From positions 1,984,001-2,048,000 of the forward strand of contig CP051526.1 in assembly GCA_050916045.1 (NCBI GenBank): DNA of 64,000 bases, read 5' to 3'. The notes below the pieces were generated by a model that was given only the letters and a program-made list of their open reading frames with translations, was not told the origin of the DNA and did no database searches. This DNA comes from Tepidisphaera sp. (GTDB lineage: Bacteria; Planctomycetota; Phycisphaerae; Phycisphaerales; UBA1924). This document shows, one piece after another, positions 52,315 through 62,236 of the stretch; positions within the stretch are counted from its first letter, which is position 1, and each line of letters starts with the position of its first letter. Position numbers and translations under genes: made by a program.

Positions 52315-53730
52315 TCAGCCGATCTTGGAACGGCCGCCCATGTAGGGGCGGAGGGGTTCGGGGATGGTGATGGAGCCGTCGGCGTTCTGGTGGTTTTCGA
52401 GGAGGGGGATGAGGAAGCGGGGCGAAGCGAGGACGGTGTTGTTGAGGGAGTGGCAGAAGACGGTTTCGCCCTTGCCGACCGCGCCGCCGGCGCGGTAGCG
52501 CATGTTGAGGCGGCGGCACTGGTAGTCGTAGAGGCGGCTTGCCGAGTGCGTTTCGCCGTATTCGCCCGCGGAGGTGCCGTTGGTGACCGGGCCGCGGCCG
52601 GGCATCCAGGATTCGATGTCAACCATGTCGGCGTTTTTGACGCCGAGGTCGGCGGTGCAGCACTGGAGGAGGCGGTGCGGGATGCTGAGCGATTGGAGGA
52701 TCTGCTCGACGTACCCGATCATGGTTTTGTGCCACTGGCGGGATTCGGCTTCGTCGGCTTTGCAGATGACGACCTGCTCGACCTTGTCGAATTGGTGGAT
52801 TCGGTAGAGGCCGGCGGTGTCCTTGCCGGCGGCGCCGGCTTCGCGGCGGAAGCAGGTGGAGACGGTGACGTATTTGAGGGGGAGCTGGGCTTCGTCCAGG
52901 ATCTCGTCCATGTGGATGCCCATGAGGCCGACCTCGCCGGTGCCGGTGAGGAAGAGGTCGTAGCCCTCGGGAGCGCCGGCGCGGTGGCGTTCATCGACGA
53001 GGTAGGCCTGTTCGCGGCCGGCGGGGAAGAAACCGGTGCCGACCATGGCTTCCTCTTTGACGAGGACGGGCACGGACATGGCGGAGAAGCCCTGTTTGTA
53101 GACCATGAAATCGACGGCGTAGCGGAGGACGGCGTTGTGCAGGTTCATGCCGTCGCCGGTCAGGATGTAGGAGCGTGAGCCGGCGAGCTTGACGCCGCGT
53201 TCGAAGTCTGCGAGTTTGAGGTCGCGGACGAGTTCGAGGTGGGACTTGGGCTTAAACCCACGCTGGGACTCGAACGACTTGGCGGTGTCGAATCCGGCGG
53301 GGTTCCAGCGGCGGAGTTCGACGTTGTCCTCGGCGGAGGTGCCGACGGGGACGTCGGCGTCGGGCGGCTGCGGAACCTGGAGGAGGATCTCGCGCATCGC
53401 GGGTTCGAGGGTGGCGAGCTTCTGCTCGATCTCGTGGACGGCGTTCTTGAGGGCGATGGGCTTGGCGGCGAGGTCGTCGATCTGCTTTTGGAGAGCGTCG
53501 GCGTCGGGGCCCTTGAGGCCTTTCATCTGGCCTTTGAGCTTGCCGATCTGCGGGCCGGACTCCTTGGCGATGCGGTTCTGCTCAGCGCGGAGCTTGTCGG
53601 CTTCGGATTGAAGGTGGCGACGTTCGGCATCGAGAGCGAGGAGCTTGTCGATGTCGACGTGGATGTTTTTGGCTTTGGCGCCGAGGGCGAAGCGGGCGGG
53701 GTTGTCGCGGAGTTGCTTGAGGTCGATCAT
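52315..53730 (-). CDS. serS: Serine--tRNA ligase
   Basis: N-terminal coiled coil; LTGTGEV, STCFRREAG..G.DT.GLYRIHQFDKVEQ, YGETHSAS, HSLNNT. Confidence 0.97.
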   Translation of the reverse strand: MIDLKQLRDNPARFALGAKAKNIHVDIDKLLALDAERRHLQSEADKLRAEQNRIAKESGPQIGKLKGQMKGLKGPDADALQKQIDDLAAKPIALKNAVHEIEQKLATLEPAMREILLQVPQPPDADVPVGTSAEDNVELRRWNPAGFDTAKSFESQRGFKPKSHLELVRDLKLADFERGVKLAGSRSYILTGDGMNLHNAVLRYAVDFMVYKQGFSAMSVPVLVKEEAMVGTGFFPAGREQAYLVDERHRAGAPEGYDLFLTGTGEVGLMGIHMDEILDEAQLPLKYVTVSTCFRREAGAAGKDTAGLYRIHQFDKVEQVVICKADEAESRQWHKTMIGYVEQILQSLSIPHRLLQCCTADLGVKNADMVDIESWMPGRGPVTNGTSAGEYGETHSASRLYDYQCRRLNMRYRAGGAVGKGETVFCHSLNNTVLASPRFLIPLLENHQNADGSITIPEPLRPYMGGRSKIG

Positions 53731-53924
53731 GGCGGGGCGAGTGTAGGGGGAACGGACGGGTGGGGGCTGGCTGGGGAGGATCCCGACCTGTTCCCGAAAG
53801 TTCTGGTAGGATTCGTGGATCCTTCGGGTCGGATCGGGCCCTATCTGTTGGCAGGCGTGGTGCCGGGCCGCTTTGGCCGGTGCACATTCGGTCGTGTTTG
53901 GGCGTTGTGGTCGGGGACACTCTC

Positions 53925-55568
53925 ATGGGCATCTGGTATCTGAAACCGATTCGTGGCACGGCTCAGGTCGTGCGTCTGACGCAGCAGAAGATCTCGATCG
54001 GGCGGCACCCGGACAACTCGATCCCGCTGACGGACGATCAGGCGAGCCGGTTCCACGCGGAGATCGAGCCCTGCGAGGGCGGGTACCTGGTCAAGGATCT
54101 TGGCTCGAAGAACGGGACGAAGGTCAACGAAGCCAAGGTGAAGGATCAGAAGCTGCGGCCGGGGGATGTGATCCGCGTGGGGAGCCACGAGTTTCTGCTT
54201 GAACGCGACGACGAGGAAGCCGAGCGGGCATCGCTCTCGGATTCCGCGCTTGAGATTCCGGATTCGGCGGGGATCGGGCAGGCGAGCAAGGACCAAGGGT
54301 GGCAGGTCGGGATCACGGAGCTGATCAACTCGCTGCCGCCCAAGCAGGACAAGCATCCGGAGATCGCGATCATCGACAGCCAGGGCAAGCCAAGCCAAGC
54401 GCTGTCGGGGTCGAGCGACGGGCCGGTGGCGGTGCGGCTGCTGCTTCACCTTGCGATCAAGGCGCGGGCGACGGACATTCACATCGAGCCCAAGCAGGAG
54501 ACGTACCACGTTCGTCTTCGCGTGGACGGCAACATGGTGACGGTGCTGGAGCTACCGCAGCGGGCGGGCGAGCTTGTGTTCGGCCTGGTGAAAGCGGCGT
54601 GCAACATGCGAGTCGCGGGGCGGGATGCGGTGCTTGAGGGGCACTTTTCGGGGTTGTTTGACTCGCGGCGGGTGGAGTACCGCGTGAGCTTCACACCGAG
54701 CGTGTACGGGCAGAAGCTGGTGCTTCGCGTGCTTGACGTGATGAACGCGCCGTCGAGCCTGTCGGAAGTCGGGATGGTCTCGTACATGGCGGACCGTGTG
54801 CGTCGGACGGCGGATCAGGATCACGGGATGTTCCTGGTGTGCGGGCCGACGGGGTCGGGCAAGACGACGACGCTCTACAACGCGCTGCGCGAGATCGACC
54901 GCGAGACGCGGAACGTGGTGACGATCGAGGATCCGGTCGAGTATCAGCTTGACAACATCACGCAGATCCCGATCGATGAGCAGAAGGGAAACACGTTCGG
55001 CGGGCTGCTTCGGAGCGTGCTGCGGCAGGACCCGGACGTGATTCTGGTGGGCGAGATCCGTGACGAGGAGACGGCGCGGACGGCGATGCAGGCGGCGATG
55101 ACGGGGCACCTGGTCTTCTCGACGGTGCACGCGAAGGACACGATCGCGGCGGTGTTCCGATTGCTTGACCTCAAGGTGGAGCCGTACCTGGTGGCGAACT
55201 CGCTGGACCTGGTGTTGGCGCAGCGGCTGGTGCGGATCCTGTGCGACCACTGCAAGCGGCCGGTGCCGATTCCGCCGGGCGTGGCGACGCGGCTGGGCAA
55301 GTATCTCAACGGGAAGCACGAGATGTTCACGGCGACGGGGTGCCCGAGGTGCTTGCGGACGGGGTATCGCGGACGGCGGGCCCTGTTCGAGTTGCTTGAG
55401 TTCAACGACGATCTGCGGGACGTGGTGCTTCGGGAGCCGACGATCAACGCGATGAAGAAGGTGATCGAGCAGGGCCTGTTCACAACGCTGGCGCAGTTTG
55501 GCTGGCGGCTTGTGGGCGAGGGTGCGACCACGCTGGATGAGGTGGATCGCGTGGCGGGGCAGGGGTGA
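53925..55568 (+). CDS. FHA domain + GspE/PilB secretion ATPase
   Basis: IGRHPDN..ASRFHA..DLGSKNGT (FHA); ATDIHIEP, GPTGSGKTTT, TIEDPVEY, LRQDPDVILVGEIRD, TGHLVFSTVH, CxxC pairs. Confidence 0.93.
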   Translation: MGIWYLKPIRGTAQVVRLTQQKISIGRHPDNSIPLTDDQASRFHAEIEPCEGGYLVKDLGSKNGTKVNEAKVKDQKLRPGDVIRVGSHEFLLERDDEEAERASLSDSALEIPDSAGIGQASKDQGWQVGITELINSLPPKQDKHPEIAIIDSQGKPSQALSGSSDGPVAVRLLLHLAIKARATDIHIEPKQETYHVRLRVDGNMVTVLELPQRAGELVFGLVKAACNMRVAGRDAVLEGHFSGLFDSRRVEYRVSFTPSVYGQKLVLRVLDVMNAPSSLSEVGMVSYMADRVRRTADQDHGMFLVCGPTGSGKTTTLYNALREIDRETRNVVTIEDPVEYQLDNITQIPIDEQKGNTFGGLLRSVLRQDPDVILVGEIRDEETARTAMQAAMTGHLVFSTVHAKDTIAAVFRLLDLKVEPYLVANSLDLVLAQRLVRILCDHCKRPVPIPPGVATRLGKYLNGKHEMFTATGCPRCLRTGYRGRRALFELLEFNDDLRDVVLREPTINAMKKVIEQGLFTTLAQFGWRLVGEGATTLDEVDRVAGQG

Positions 55569-55713
55569 GTTCCCCGGGGCACGGGCCTTGAAGAGCCGAT
55601 AATGCGGGCGATTGGAAGGGCTGCGACGGTCGCGCGAGCGGGTGCCCGCGTGGTTTGTCGCGTCGGGGTTGATTGCGCGGAGCGGGGTGTCGGAACGGTC
55701 GATTCGCGGTGAA

Positions 55714-56226
55714 GTGTCCTATCGATGCCGCCAGCTTGTGGTTCGCGGGTTCTCGCTGATCGAACTGGTCATCGTGATTGTGATCATGGGGATCATCGGT
55801 GCGATCGCGATCCCGAAGCTTGGCGGAGCGACGGACCGGGCGGTGGATGCGCAGGTGATCGCTTCAACGGGGCACTTTCAGCGGGCGATTGACGCGTACA
55901 TGGCGGAGCACGGGAACCGGTGTCCGGCGACGGAGCCGAACGGGGCGATCAGCACGTCGCAGGTGAACTTTCGCAACCGGCTTCGGAGCCAGACGGACGA
56001 CATCGGCAACGTGTCGGGAACGGGGCTCTTCGGGCCTTATCTGAAGGACATTCCGGTGAACATGGCGAACCGCTGGCAGACGATCCGGATCGACGGGGTC
56101 GCGGCGGGCGCGAACACGAACGGATGGCGGTACGACTCCGTGAAGAAGCAGATTGAAGCCGACGGCCAGGCCCGGCTGAAATCAGGCGGGAAGATCGACG
56201 GAATTCAGGCGCTCAAAGCGGACTGA
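55714..56226 (+). CDS. Type II secretion pseudopilin (GspG-like); start uncertain
   Basis: RGFSLIELVIVIVIMGIIGAIAIPKL; FGPYLKDIPVN. Confidence 0.85.
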   Translation: MSYRCRQLVVRGFSLIELVIVIVIMGIIGAIAIPKLGGATDRAVDAQVIASTGHFQRAIDAYMAEHGNRCPATEPNGAISTSQVNFRNRLRSQTDDIGNVSGTGLFGPYLKDIPVNMANRWQTIRIDGVAAGANTNGWRYDSVKKQIEADGQARLKSGGKIDGIQALKAD

Positions 56227-56249
56227 GCCGGTCGAGCAACGGAACCAAT

Positions 56250-57434
56250 TCAGCGGTCCCGACCTCGCACACCGAGACGAGTGTGCATCGCGGGGGCCGT
56301 AAGTCCGCTGTGAACCGCTCCCTCGTACGGACCGTCGTAAGGGTAGGCGTCAATTCCACCGTGCAGGCTCGGCACGGCCGCGGCGGAGCCATCCACAAAA
56401 GCAAGCCTCGCAACATCGCCCGCGCCGACCTCGGTGAAATCCCACGGTCTTGCGGCCCAGACGAGCGAGCGTCGATCGGGAAAGAGCACCTCGTGGGCAC
56501 CGACCGCCCGCCACTGCGACGGACCGACGTGCGTTGAATCCGACCAATACTCCGGCGCGGCCTGAAAGACGCAGGGGATCTGGTACTCGGAGTGATCGCC
56601 GACAGAAAAGCCCTCTGTCGCGGTCTCGGGAGTCGTAAACACGCTTGTCGAGCATCCCCCGTAATAGACGGGCCCCAGCACCAGATGCCATCGCGACGAT
56701 TGGCTGAAATAGTACGTGGAAGTCCGGCCCGGAAGACACGGAGAATCGAACCCCCCACGGCCGGAAGCGGCCGAGATAAAGTGCGGGTAGGTGTCTTTCC
56801 AATCGTTCGTGTACAGCGTGATGACCTGCGCGTGCGTCCGAAGATTGGTGAGCGACTTGGTCAATCGTGACTGTGTGCGGACCTTCGCAAGCACGGGCAT
56901 CGAGAGAGCGATCACGATGGCGACAATCGAGATCACGACGAGTGATTCAATCAGGGTGAACCCGCGAGGAGCGGCGCGGGTCGCCGAACTATCGCTCCTC
57001 GGCGCTTTCGCGAGGACGGCCGGCGGGTGGTAGGTGCCCGCCACGATGGCTACAGCAAGGGCCGAGTTTCGAGCGATCAACCACGCTCCTTCGGTGCGCA
57101 GGTGCTTCAGGAACAGAATCTGTGAAGTGCAGCCGCAGTCTGGCGCACCCCCGGACAGGAGTTGCACGGCGTAGACCGCGGCGAACAACCCGAGCATCAG
57201 TGCGAGAAGCACTCCCGTCGCACGACGATTAACCTTGCAAAGCCAGAGCAACGAGAGGGTGATCTCGATTGCAGGAACGGTCAGCGTGAGAACGCCGATG
57301 GCCCACCCGGGAAAGATGGACCACGTTTCGAGCGCTCTGCCGAACGCAGGCAAGTCGATACTCTTCGACACGCCGGCGAGGAGAACGAAGAGAACCGCCG
57401 CTGCGGCGAGCAATCCTGGAAGCTTATGAAGCAT
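56250..57434 (-). CDS. MauE/DoxX-like membrane domain fused to prepilin-type (DUF1559-like) domain
   Basis: AGVSK..D...F, VPAIE, PDCGC, IARN (MauE-like), then RGFTLIESLVVISIVAIVIALSMPVL...FVDGSA. Confidence 0.82.
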   Translation of the reverse strand: MLHKLPGLLAAAAVLFVLLAGVSKSIDLPAFGRALETWSIFPGWAIGVLTLTVPAIEITLSLLWLCKVNRRATGVLLALMLGLFAAVYAVQLLSGGAPDCGCTSQILFLKHLRTEGAWLIARNSALAVAIVAGTYHPPAVLAKAPRSDSSATRAAPRGFTLIESLVVISIVAIVIALSMPVLAKVRTQSRLTKSLTNLRTHAQVITLYTNDWKDTYPHFISAASGRGGFDSPCLPGRTSTYYFSQSSRWHLVLGPVYYGGCSTSVFTTPETATEGFSVGDHSEYQIPCVFQAAPEYWSDSTHVGPSQWRAVGAHEVLFPDRRSLVWAARPWDFTEVGAGDVARLAFVDGSAAAVPSLHGGIDAYPYDGPYEGAVHSGLTAPAMHTRLGVRGRDR

Positions 57435-57446
57435 GCCGCGCTTTAC

Positions 57447-57833
57447 TCAGGGGTTGCTCGTGCCGGTGCAAGGATCGCCCTGGATGTTCTTTGGAAAGCA
57501 CACACTGTTCAACCGACTTGATTCGGTTCCAACCGTGCAAGTGTAGCCGTCAGCACAAGTCGAGGGCAGCCAAGAACAAGACTCGACACCTTGAAGCAAG
57601 AAATCAGACTTGCCAGCCTTGCCTGGAGCGGCAAGAGAAGCGTCGTCGACCATCGGGTTGGTGATGCCCGTAAAGTGGCAAGTCGGGCTACAAGCCACCC
57701 AGAGTTGGACATTCGCCAGTGTGCAACACGCCTTCTTTCCGTTGAACGCGATGCAGTCCGCGACGACCAGGCTCGCAAAGCAACCGATGGCCAAACCGGG
57801 CCCCAGAAGACGCGATAGACGAGAACTTTCCAC
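57447..57833 (-). CDS. Small secreted Cys-rich protein
   Basis: AAGGAGG RBS before GTG 57833; hydrophobic leader; 10 Cys after the probable VVA-D cleavage site. Confidence 0.7.
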   Translation of the reverse strand: MESSRLSRLLGPGLAIGCFASLVVADCIAFNGKKACCTLANVQLWVACSPTCHFTGITNPMVDDASLAAPGKAGKSDFLLQGVESCSWLPSTCADGYTCTVGTESSRLNSVCFPKNIQGDPCTGTSNP

Positions 57834-57850
57834 TTGAAGCCTCCTTGACG

Positions 57851-58975
57851 TCAACCCTGACGACGTCTCCACAGCACGATACCGAGCACAGCTGCCGCAA
57901 CAAGCGGCGGCGTTAACCAGCCGACATAACGAAGCAATTGATCGGCCCGGCGAGACGGCAACTCGGTTCCAGGTGTCTCGAGAATAACACCGTTCCTGTT
58001 GGTCAGGATGATCTCTCTCCCGCTCCGTCGATCGAGGATTGAGGGCGATACGACTCCGCCTCGAATCGCATCCTGTGAATCGAATGCGGGCGGCGAGACA
58101 AGCCTCTCGAAGGGTGTCGGGTCCGCAGCAACACGCAGAAGCTTGAATCGATCGTTCCATCCCTCGCCGAGATTTCGGTGGTAGAGCGTCCAGACTGGAG
58201 TTGACAGCCCTTCGACGGGCCCTCGCGAGGAAACTTCCCGACGAGTTACTCGTGGGCCTGACTCGTCAGCCCACTCGACAATCATCCGGGTCAAGCCGAG
58301 GGGTTCGCCAGCCTCGACCCATTCACCCTCACAGGTGATCTTCATACTCCCATCCGGCTTTTCGCAGGCGATACGAAGCGTGGGAGAGACTGAGATCACC
58401 TTAGGTCGCGAAACATCGGGGACCCTTTCAAGGAGAAGCCGTAGTTCCGCGATAAGCCCGTAGCGGAGCACGAGCAGCGTCTGACGATTGTTATCGCGGC
58501 GCGTCTTGGTGTTGTAGGCCGTGGCTTCACCGGTCCCGCCCCGAACCACCTGGCACAAGATCGGCGAGAGGGACCATTCGACCTCGTCGGTTGTCACAGA
58601 GTCAAGATAGCGTCCGTCCGCGGTCGCGTCGGAATCCATCGAGATTCTGCATTCTGAGTCACCTCGCCACCACATTCTGTATCGCGTTGTGGCGGGCTGC
58701 CCTTTTGCTGCAGCCTCCATCAGCCCTAGTTTTGTCACGTCTGGATGTGCTTTGTTCCTGCCAACCGCAATGCGCAAACTTGCAAGCGCAGCAGGGTCGG
58801 GCTTCTGTGCGTCAACCTGCTCCATCTCGACACGCATCCCATCAAGCTCGGGGAATGGCATCGGCTTGGTCAGTTCGCGGTCGAGCCATATCTGCGCGCG
58901 ATCCACGGGCGTGCGTTGTGCATACGAGCTGCTCGCGAAGAAGATGGCCAAGATCACCGCTAGCCACTTCTGCAT
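57851..58975 (-). CDS. Exported protein with C-terminal TM anchor
   Basis: Signal peptide MQKWLAVILAIFFASSSYA; C-term LVAAAVLGIVLWRRRQG. Confidence 0.75.
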   Translation of the reverse strand: MQKWLAVILAIFFASSSYAQRTPVDRAQIWLDRELTKPMPFPELDGMRVEMEQVDAQKPDPAALASLRIAVGRNKAHPDVTKLGLMEAAAKGQPATTRYRMWWRGDSECRISMDSDATADGRYLDSVTTDEVEWSLSPILCQVVRGGTGEATAYNTKTRRDNNRQTLLVLRYGLIAELRLLLERVPDVSRPKVISVSPTLRIACEKPDGSMKITCEGEWVEAGEPLGLTRMIVEWADESGPRVTRREVSSRGPVEGLSTPVWTLYHRNLGEGWNDRFKLLRVAADPTPFERLVSPPAFDSQDAIRGGVVSPSILDRRSGREIILTNRNGVILETPGTELPSRRADQLLRYVGWLTPPLVAAAVLGIVLWRRRQG

Positions 58976-58981
58976 AGAGAG

Positions 58982-59013
58982 AGTGTATCACCCCCCCCCC
59001 CCCCCCGAGACAA
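58982..59013 (-). promoter_or_regulatory. Promoter with G16 tract in the -35/-10 spacer
   Basis: Minus strand TTGTCT-C-G16-TGA-TACACT-CTCTCT-ATG. Confidence 0.65.
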
Positions 59014-59038
59014 GGACGAAGTGATGATATTCGTTGAA

Positions 59039-61069
59039 TTATGTTCCAATATCGCTCGTCTCGGGCCTGACCGGCTGGTGCGGCTTGCCCTCCCACTTCT
59101 CGCCGGGGAATTGCTTGATGCCGTCCTGGCCGGGCGTGCGGCCGGTGCCGCGGGCGCCGGGGAGGGGCGTGCGCTCGGGGATGATGAACGAGGAGTTGGG
59201 GAGCGACTGGCAGTGCTTGAGGGCCGCGTCGGCGGCGTCGAGCATGGTGTCGTCGGCGTTCTCATACATCGAGCGGATGTTCTCGCGGATTTCGACCTCG
59301 GCGAGGTCGAGGAAGTGGATGGCGGCGGCGCGATCGCGGGCGAACTCGAGATCGACGCCGTTGTTGCCGTGCTTGCGGAGGTCCAGGTCGAGTTTGGCGA
59401 GGGTGCAGAGGTAAGCGTGGGCGAGGATGGCGACGTTGGCGACGCGGGCCTGCACGACCTGGCGGTCGAGCAGCTTGACGTCGTACTTCTTGGACATGAT
59501 CTTGAACTGGTAGGTGTGCTCGCGGGTGAGGTTGGAGATGCGGTCGGCGTAGGGCTTGAGATCGCGGTGGAGCTTGGAGAGGACGGGGGCGGAGCGGCGG
59601 ATGCCGAAGAAGACCTCGAGGCCCAGGGGGATGGCGATCTTCATGATCTCGGGGCGGAGGGAGTTCTTCATCGCTTTGGCGATGAAGGCGCCCAGGCCCT
59701 CGTCGGAGTCCTTCATGAGTGCGTTCTTGATGCCGAGCATCTGCTCGGCGAGCTGCTTGCCGCCGTAGCCGAAGATGTAGGACTGCATGACCTCGTTGGC
59801 GCCTTCGACGATGAGGTTGATGCGGGAGTCGCGGAAGACGCGCTCGACCTCGTTCTCGGTCATGTAGCTTTCGCCGCCCATGATCTGCATGCCGTCGTTG
59901 ACGGCACGCCAGCCAAACTCGGAGCAGAAGACCTTGCAGAGCGCGGTTTCGACCTGGATGTCGTCATCCTTGCGGTCGAGCATGCCGGTGGTCATGTAAA
60001 GGACGGCGTCCATGGCGTAGCAGTACGCGGCCATGCGGGCGACGTTGCGGCGGACGAGTTCCTTGTCGGCGAGGGCCGCGCCGAACTGGAAGCGGGTCAT
60101 CGACCACTTGGTGGCTTGGTCGCGGACGCGCTTGGCGCCGCCGACCATGCCGGCCGAGAGGGTGCAGCGGCCGTAGTTGAGGCAGGAGAGAGCGATCTGG
60201 AGGCCGCGGCCTTCCTGGCCGAGCAGGTTGGACTTGGGCACCTTGACGTTGTTGAACTTGATGCGGGCTTGCCAGGTGCCGCGGATGCCGCACTTGCTGC
60301 GGTTCTTCTGGAAGATCTCGATGCCTTCCATCCACGGGTGGCAGACCAGGGCGGTCACCTTTTCGGATTCCTTGCCCGTCTTGGGGTCGGTCATCTTCTG
60401 CTTGGCCATGACGGTGAAGAGGCCGGCGATGCCGCCGGATGTGGCCCACTTCTTCTCGCCGTTGATGATGTAGTACTCGCCGTCGGGGGTCTTCTCGCAG
60501 CGGGTTTCCTGGCCGCCGGCGTCGCAGCCGACGTTGGGCTCGGAGAGGCAGAACGCGGAGACCCAGTCCTTGGCGAGGTGGGGCAGCCAGGCTTTCTTCT
60601 GCTCGGGGTTGCCGAAGAGTTTGACCGCGCCGCAGCCGATGGAAAGGTGGGCGGAGCAGAGGACTGCGGTGGAGCCGCAGGACCAGCCGATGCGTTCAAG
60701 CACGCGGTTGTAGCTCGTCACGCCGAGGCCCAAGCCGCCGTATTCCTTGGGGATGGTGATGCCGAGGACGCCGAGTTCGGCGAGGCGCTTGATGACCTGC
60801 GGGGGGATCTCCTGCTCCTGATCGATCCACACGGAGGGGTGCTCGTTGCGGAGGTATTCGTCAAGGCGGGCGAGGACCTGGTCGCACTCGGCTTGTTCGC
60901 GCGGATCCTGCTGGGGGTAGGGGAAGTAGTAGTCTTCCTTGATCTTGCCCCAGAAGAGGTTCTTGACCGGGCCCATCTTGGCCGGTTCAGCGCCCAGCCA
61001 TTCCTCGGCCTGCTCAAGGAGTTTTTTGTCCGCGTCGGAGATGCCTTTGAGATTTTTCAGGTTGGACAT
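59039..61069 (-). CDS. Acyl-CoA dehydrogenase (long-chain type)
   Basis: IPKEYGGLG, AFCLSEPNVGCDA, NGEKKW, LNYGR, RFQFG, QIMGGESY, RDSRINLIVEGANE. Confidence 0.95.
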   Translation of the reverse strand: MSNLKNLKGISDADKKLLEQAEEWLGAEPAKMGPVKNLFWGKIKEDYYFPYPQQDPREQAECDQVLARLDEYLRNEHPSVWIDQEQEIPPQVIKRLAELGVLGITIPKEYGGLGLGVTSYNRVLERIGWSCGSTAVLCSAHLSIGCGAVKLFGNPEQKKAWLPHLAKDWVSAFCLSEPNVGCDAGGQETRCEKTPDGEYYIINGEKKWATSGGIAGLFTVMAKQKMTDPKTGKESEKVTALVCHPWMEGIEIFQKNRSKCGIRGTWQARIKFNNVKVPKSNLLGQEGRGLQIALSCLNYGRCTLSAGMVGGAKRVRDQATKWSMTRFQFGAALADKELVRRNVARMAAYCYAMDAVLYMTTGMLDRKDDDIQVETALCKVFCSEFGWRAVNDGMQIMGGESYMTENEVERVFRDSRINLIVEGANEVMQSYIFGYGGKQLAEQMLGIKNALMKDSDEGLGAFIAKAMKNSLRPEIMKIAIPLGLEVFFGIRRSAPVLSKLHRDLKPYADRISNLTREHTYQFKIMSKKYDVKLLDRQVVQARVANVAILAHAYLCTLAKLDLDLRKHGNNGVDLEFARDRAAAIHFLDLAEVEIRENIRSMYENADDTMLDAADAALKHCQSLPNSSFIIPERTPLPGARGTGRTPGQDGIKQFPGEKWEGKPHQPVRPETSDIGT

Positions 61070-61120
61070 GGGTGCCTCGAAAGGGGATGAATCGGGGAGC
61101 GGTTGCGTACTGGTTGCTGA

Positions 61121-62032
61121 TTACTTCTTCGCGAAGAAGGCGGCGATGGACGCTTTTCCGGCGGGGGTTCCGCGAAGACGGACCAACTCTCGTTGTTCGG
61201 TGGCGAGGGCGGCGTTCCAGCCTTTGGCGAGGCCGTCGTCGATCGCGAGTGCGACGGCGGCGGCGGCTTCGGTCTGGGGAAGGGTTTCTCGGACGGATTC
61301 GAGTGCTTCGAGGACCTTGGCGGCGACGGAGGGGCGGCCGATCCAGCGGAGGGGGGTGCCGTCGCGTTCGAGGCGGCCCTTGGCGGCGCGGTCGACGACC
61401 CAGCGGCGGGCGGTGTCGAGGAGGTCGGCGGCGGAGGGGGCGACAGCGTCGAACATCCCGGCGGCTTTGGCGTTGTCGAAGAGGAAGGGCTTGCCCTCGG
61501 CGGTCATGAGGATGGCCTGAGCGGGGTCGATCCGGGCGGGGAGGAGGTTGGTGCCGCCCCAGCCGGGGCAGATGTTGAGGCCGGCTTCGGGGAGGCCGAC
61601 GGGGTAGGGCTTGAGGCCGGGAGCGGCGACGAGGCCGTCGCAGTGCATGGCGAGTTCGAGGCCGCCGCCAAGGACCGCGCCGTTGATGGCGGCGACGGTC
61701 GGGAAGGGGAGGGCCGGGAGAAGAGCGAAGACGCTTGCGGCGTACGCGAGGTAGCGGTGCAGGTCGGCGTCGGAAGCGTCCTGGATGGTCTTGAGGTCGG
61801 CTCCGGCGACGAAGACGCGTTCGCTTGCGGACGCGAGGACCAAGCCGCGGGAATCCCGGGGGACTTGCTTGAGCGTGAGTTCGAGGCGGCGGATGAGGGT
61901 TTCGTCAAGAACGACGACGGGTTTGCCGGGTTGTTCGAGGGTGACGGTCACGACACCGGCGAAGGGGCCCGAGGCTTCTCTGGAGAGGGGAAGCGGGGCG
62001 AGGGAAGGGGCTTGGTCGGCGTGGATCGTCAT
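61121..62032 (-). CDS. Enoyl-CoA hydratase/isomerase family protein
   Basis: FVAGADL, VAAINGAVLGGGLELAMHCD, GLPEAGLNICPGWGGT. Confidence 0.93.
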   Translation of the reverse strand: MTIHADQAPSLAPLPLSREASGPFAGVVTVTLEQPGKPVVVLDETLIRRLELTLKQVPRDSRGLVLASASERVFVAGADLKTIQDASDADLHRYLAYAASVFALLPALPFPTVAAINGAVLGGGLELAMHCDGLVAAPGLKPYPVGLPEAGLNICPGWGGTNLLPARIDPAQAILMTAEGKPFLFDNAKAAGMFDAVAPSAADLLDTARRWVVDRAAKGRLERDGTPLRWIGRPSVAAKVLEALESVRETLPQTEAAAAVALAIDDGLAKGWNAALATEQRELVRLRGTPAGKASIAAFFAKK

Positions 62033-62236
62033 GACTGGAACAGTTTACGCCGCATTCAGGAAGCGTTCCCATCGACGATCAACGAATGCAGGATGGTGGG
62101 GTCGGCGGTACACTCGGGCCTCGTCCGGGCGCTGACTGAGCATGGAAGCCCATGCTTGTTTGCCCCGCGATTTTCGGGGGTTCTCTTGTACGGCATTCCA
62201 AACTTCACGGACCGGGACCACGATTTCAACGCATGG

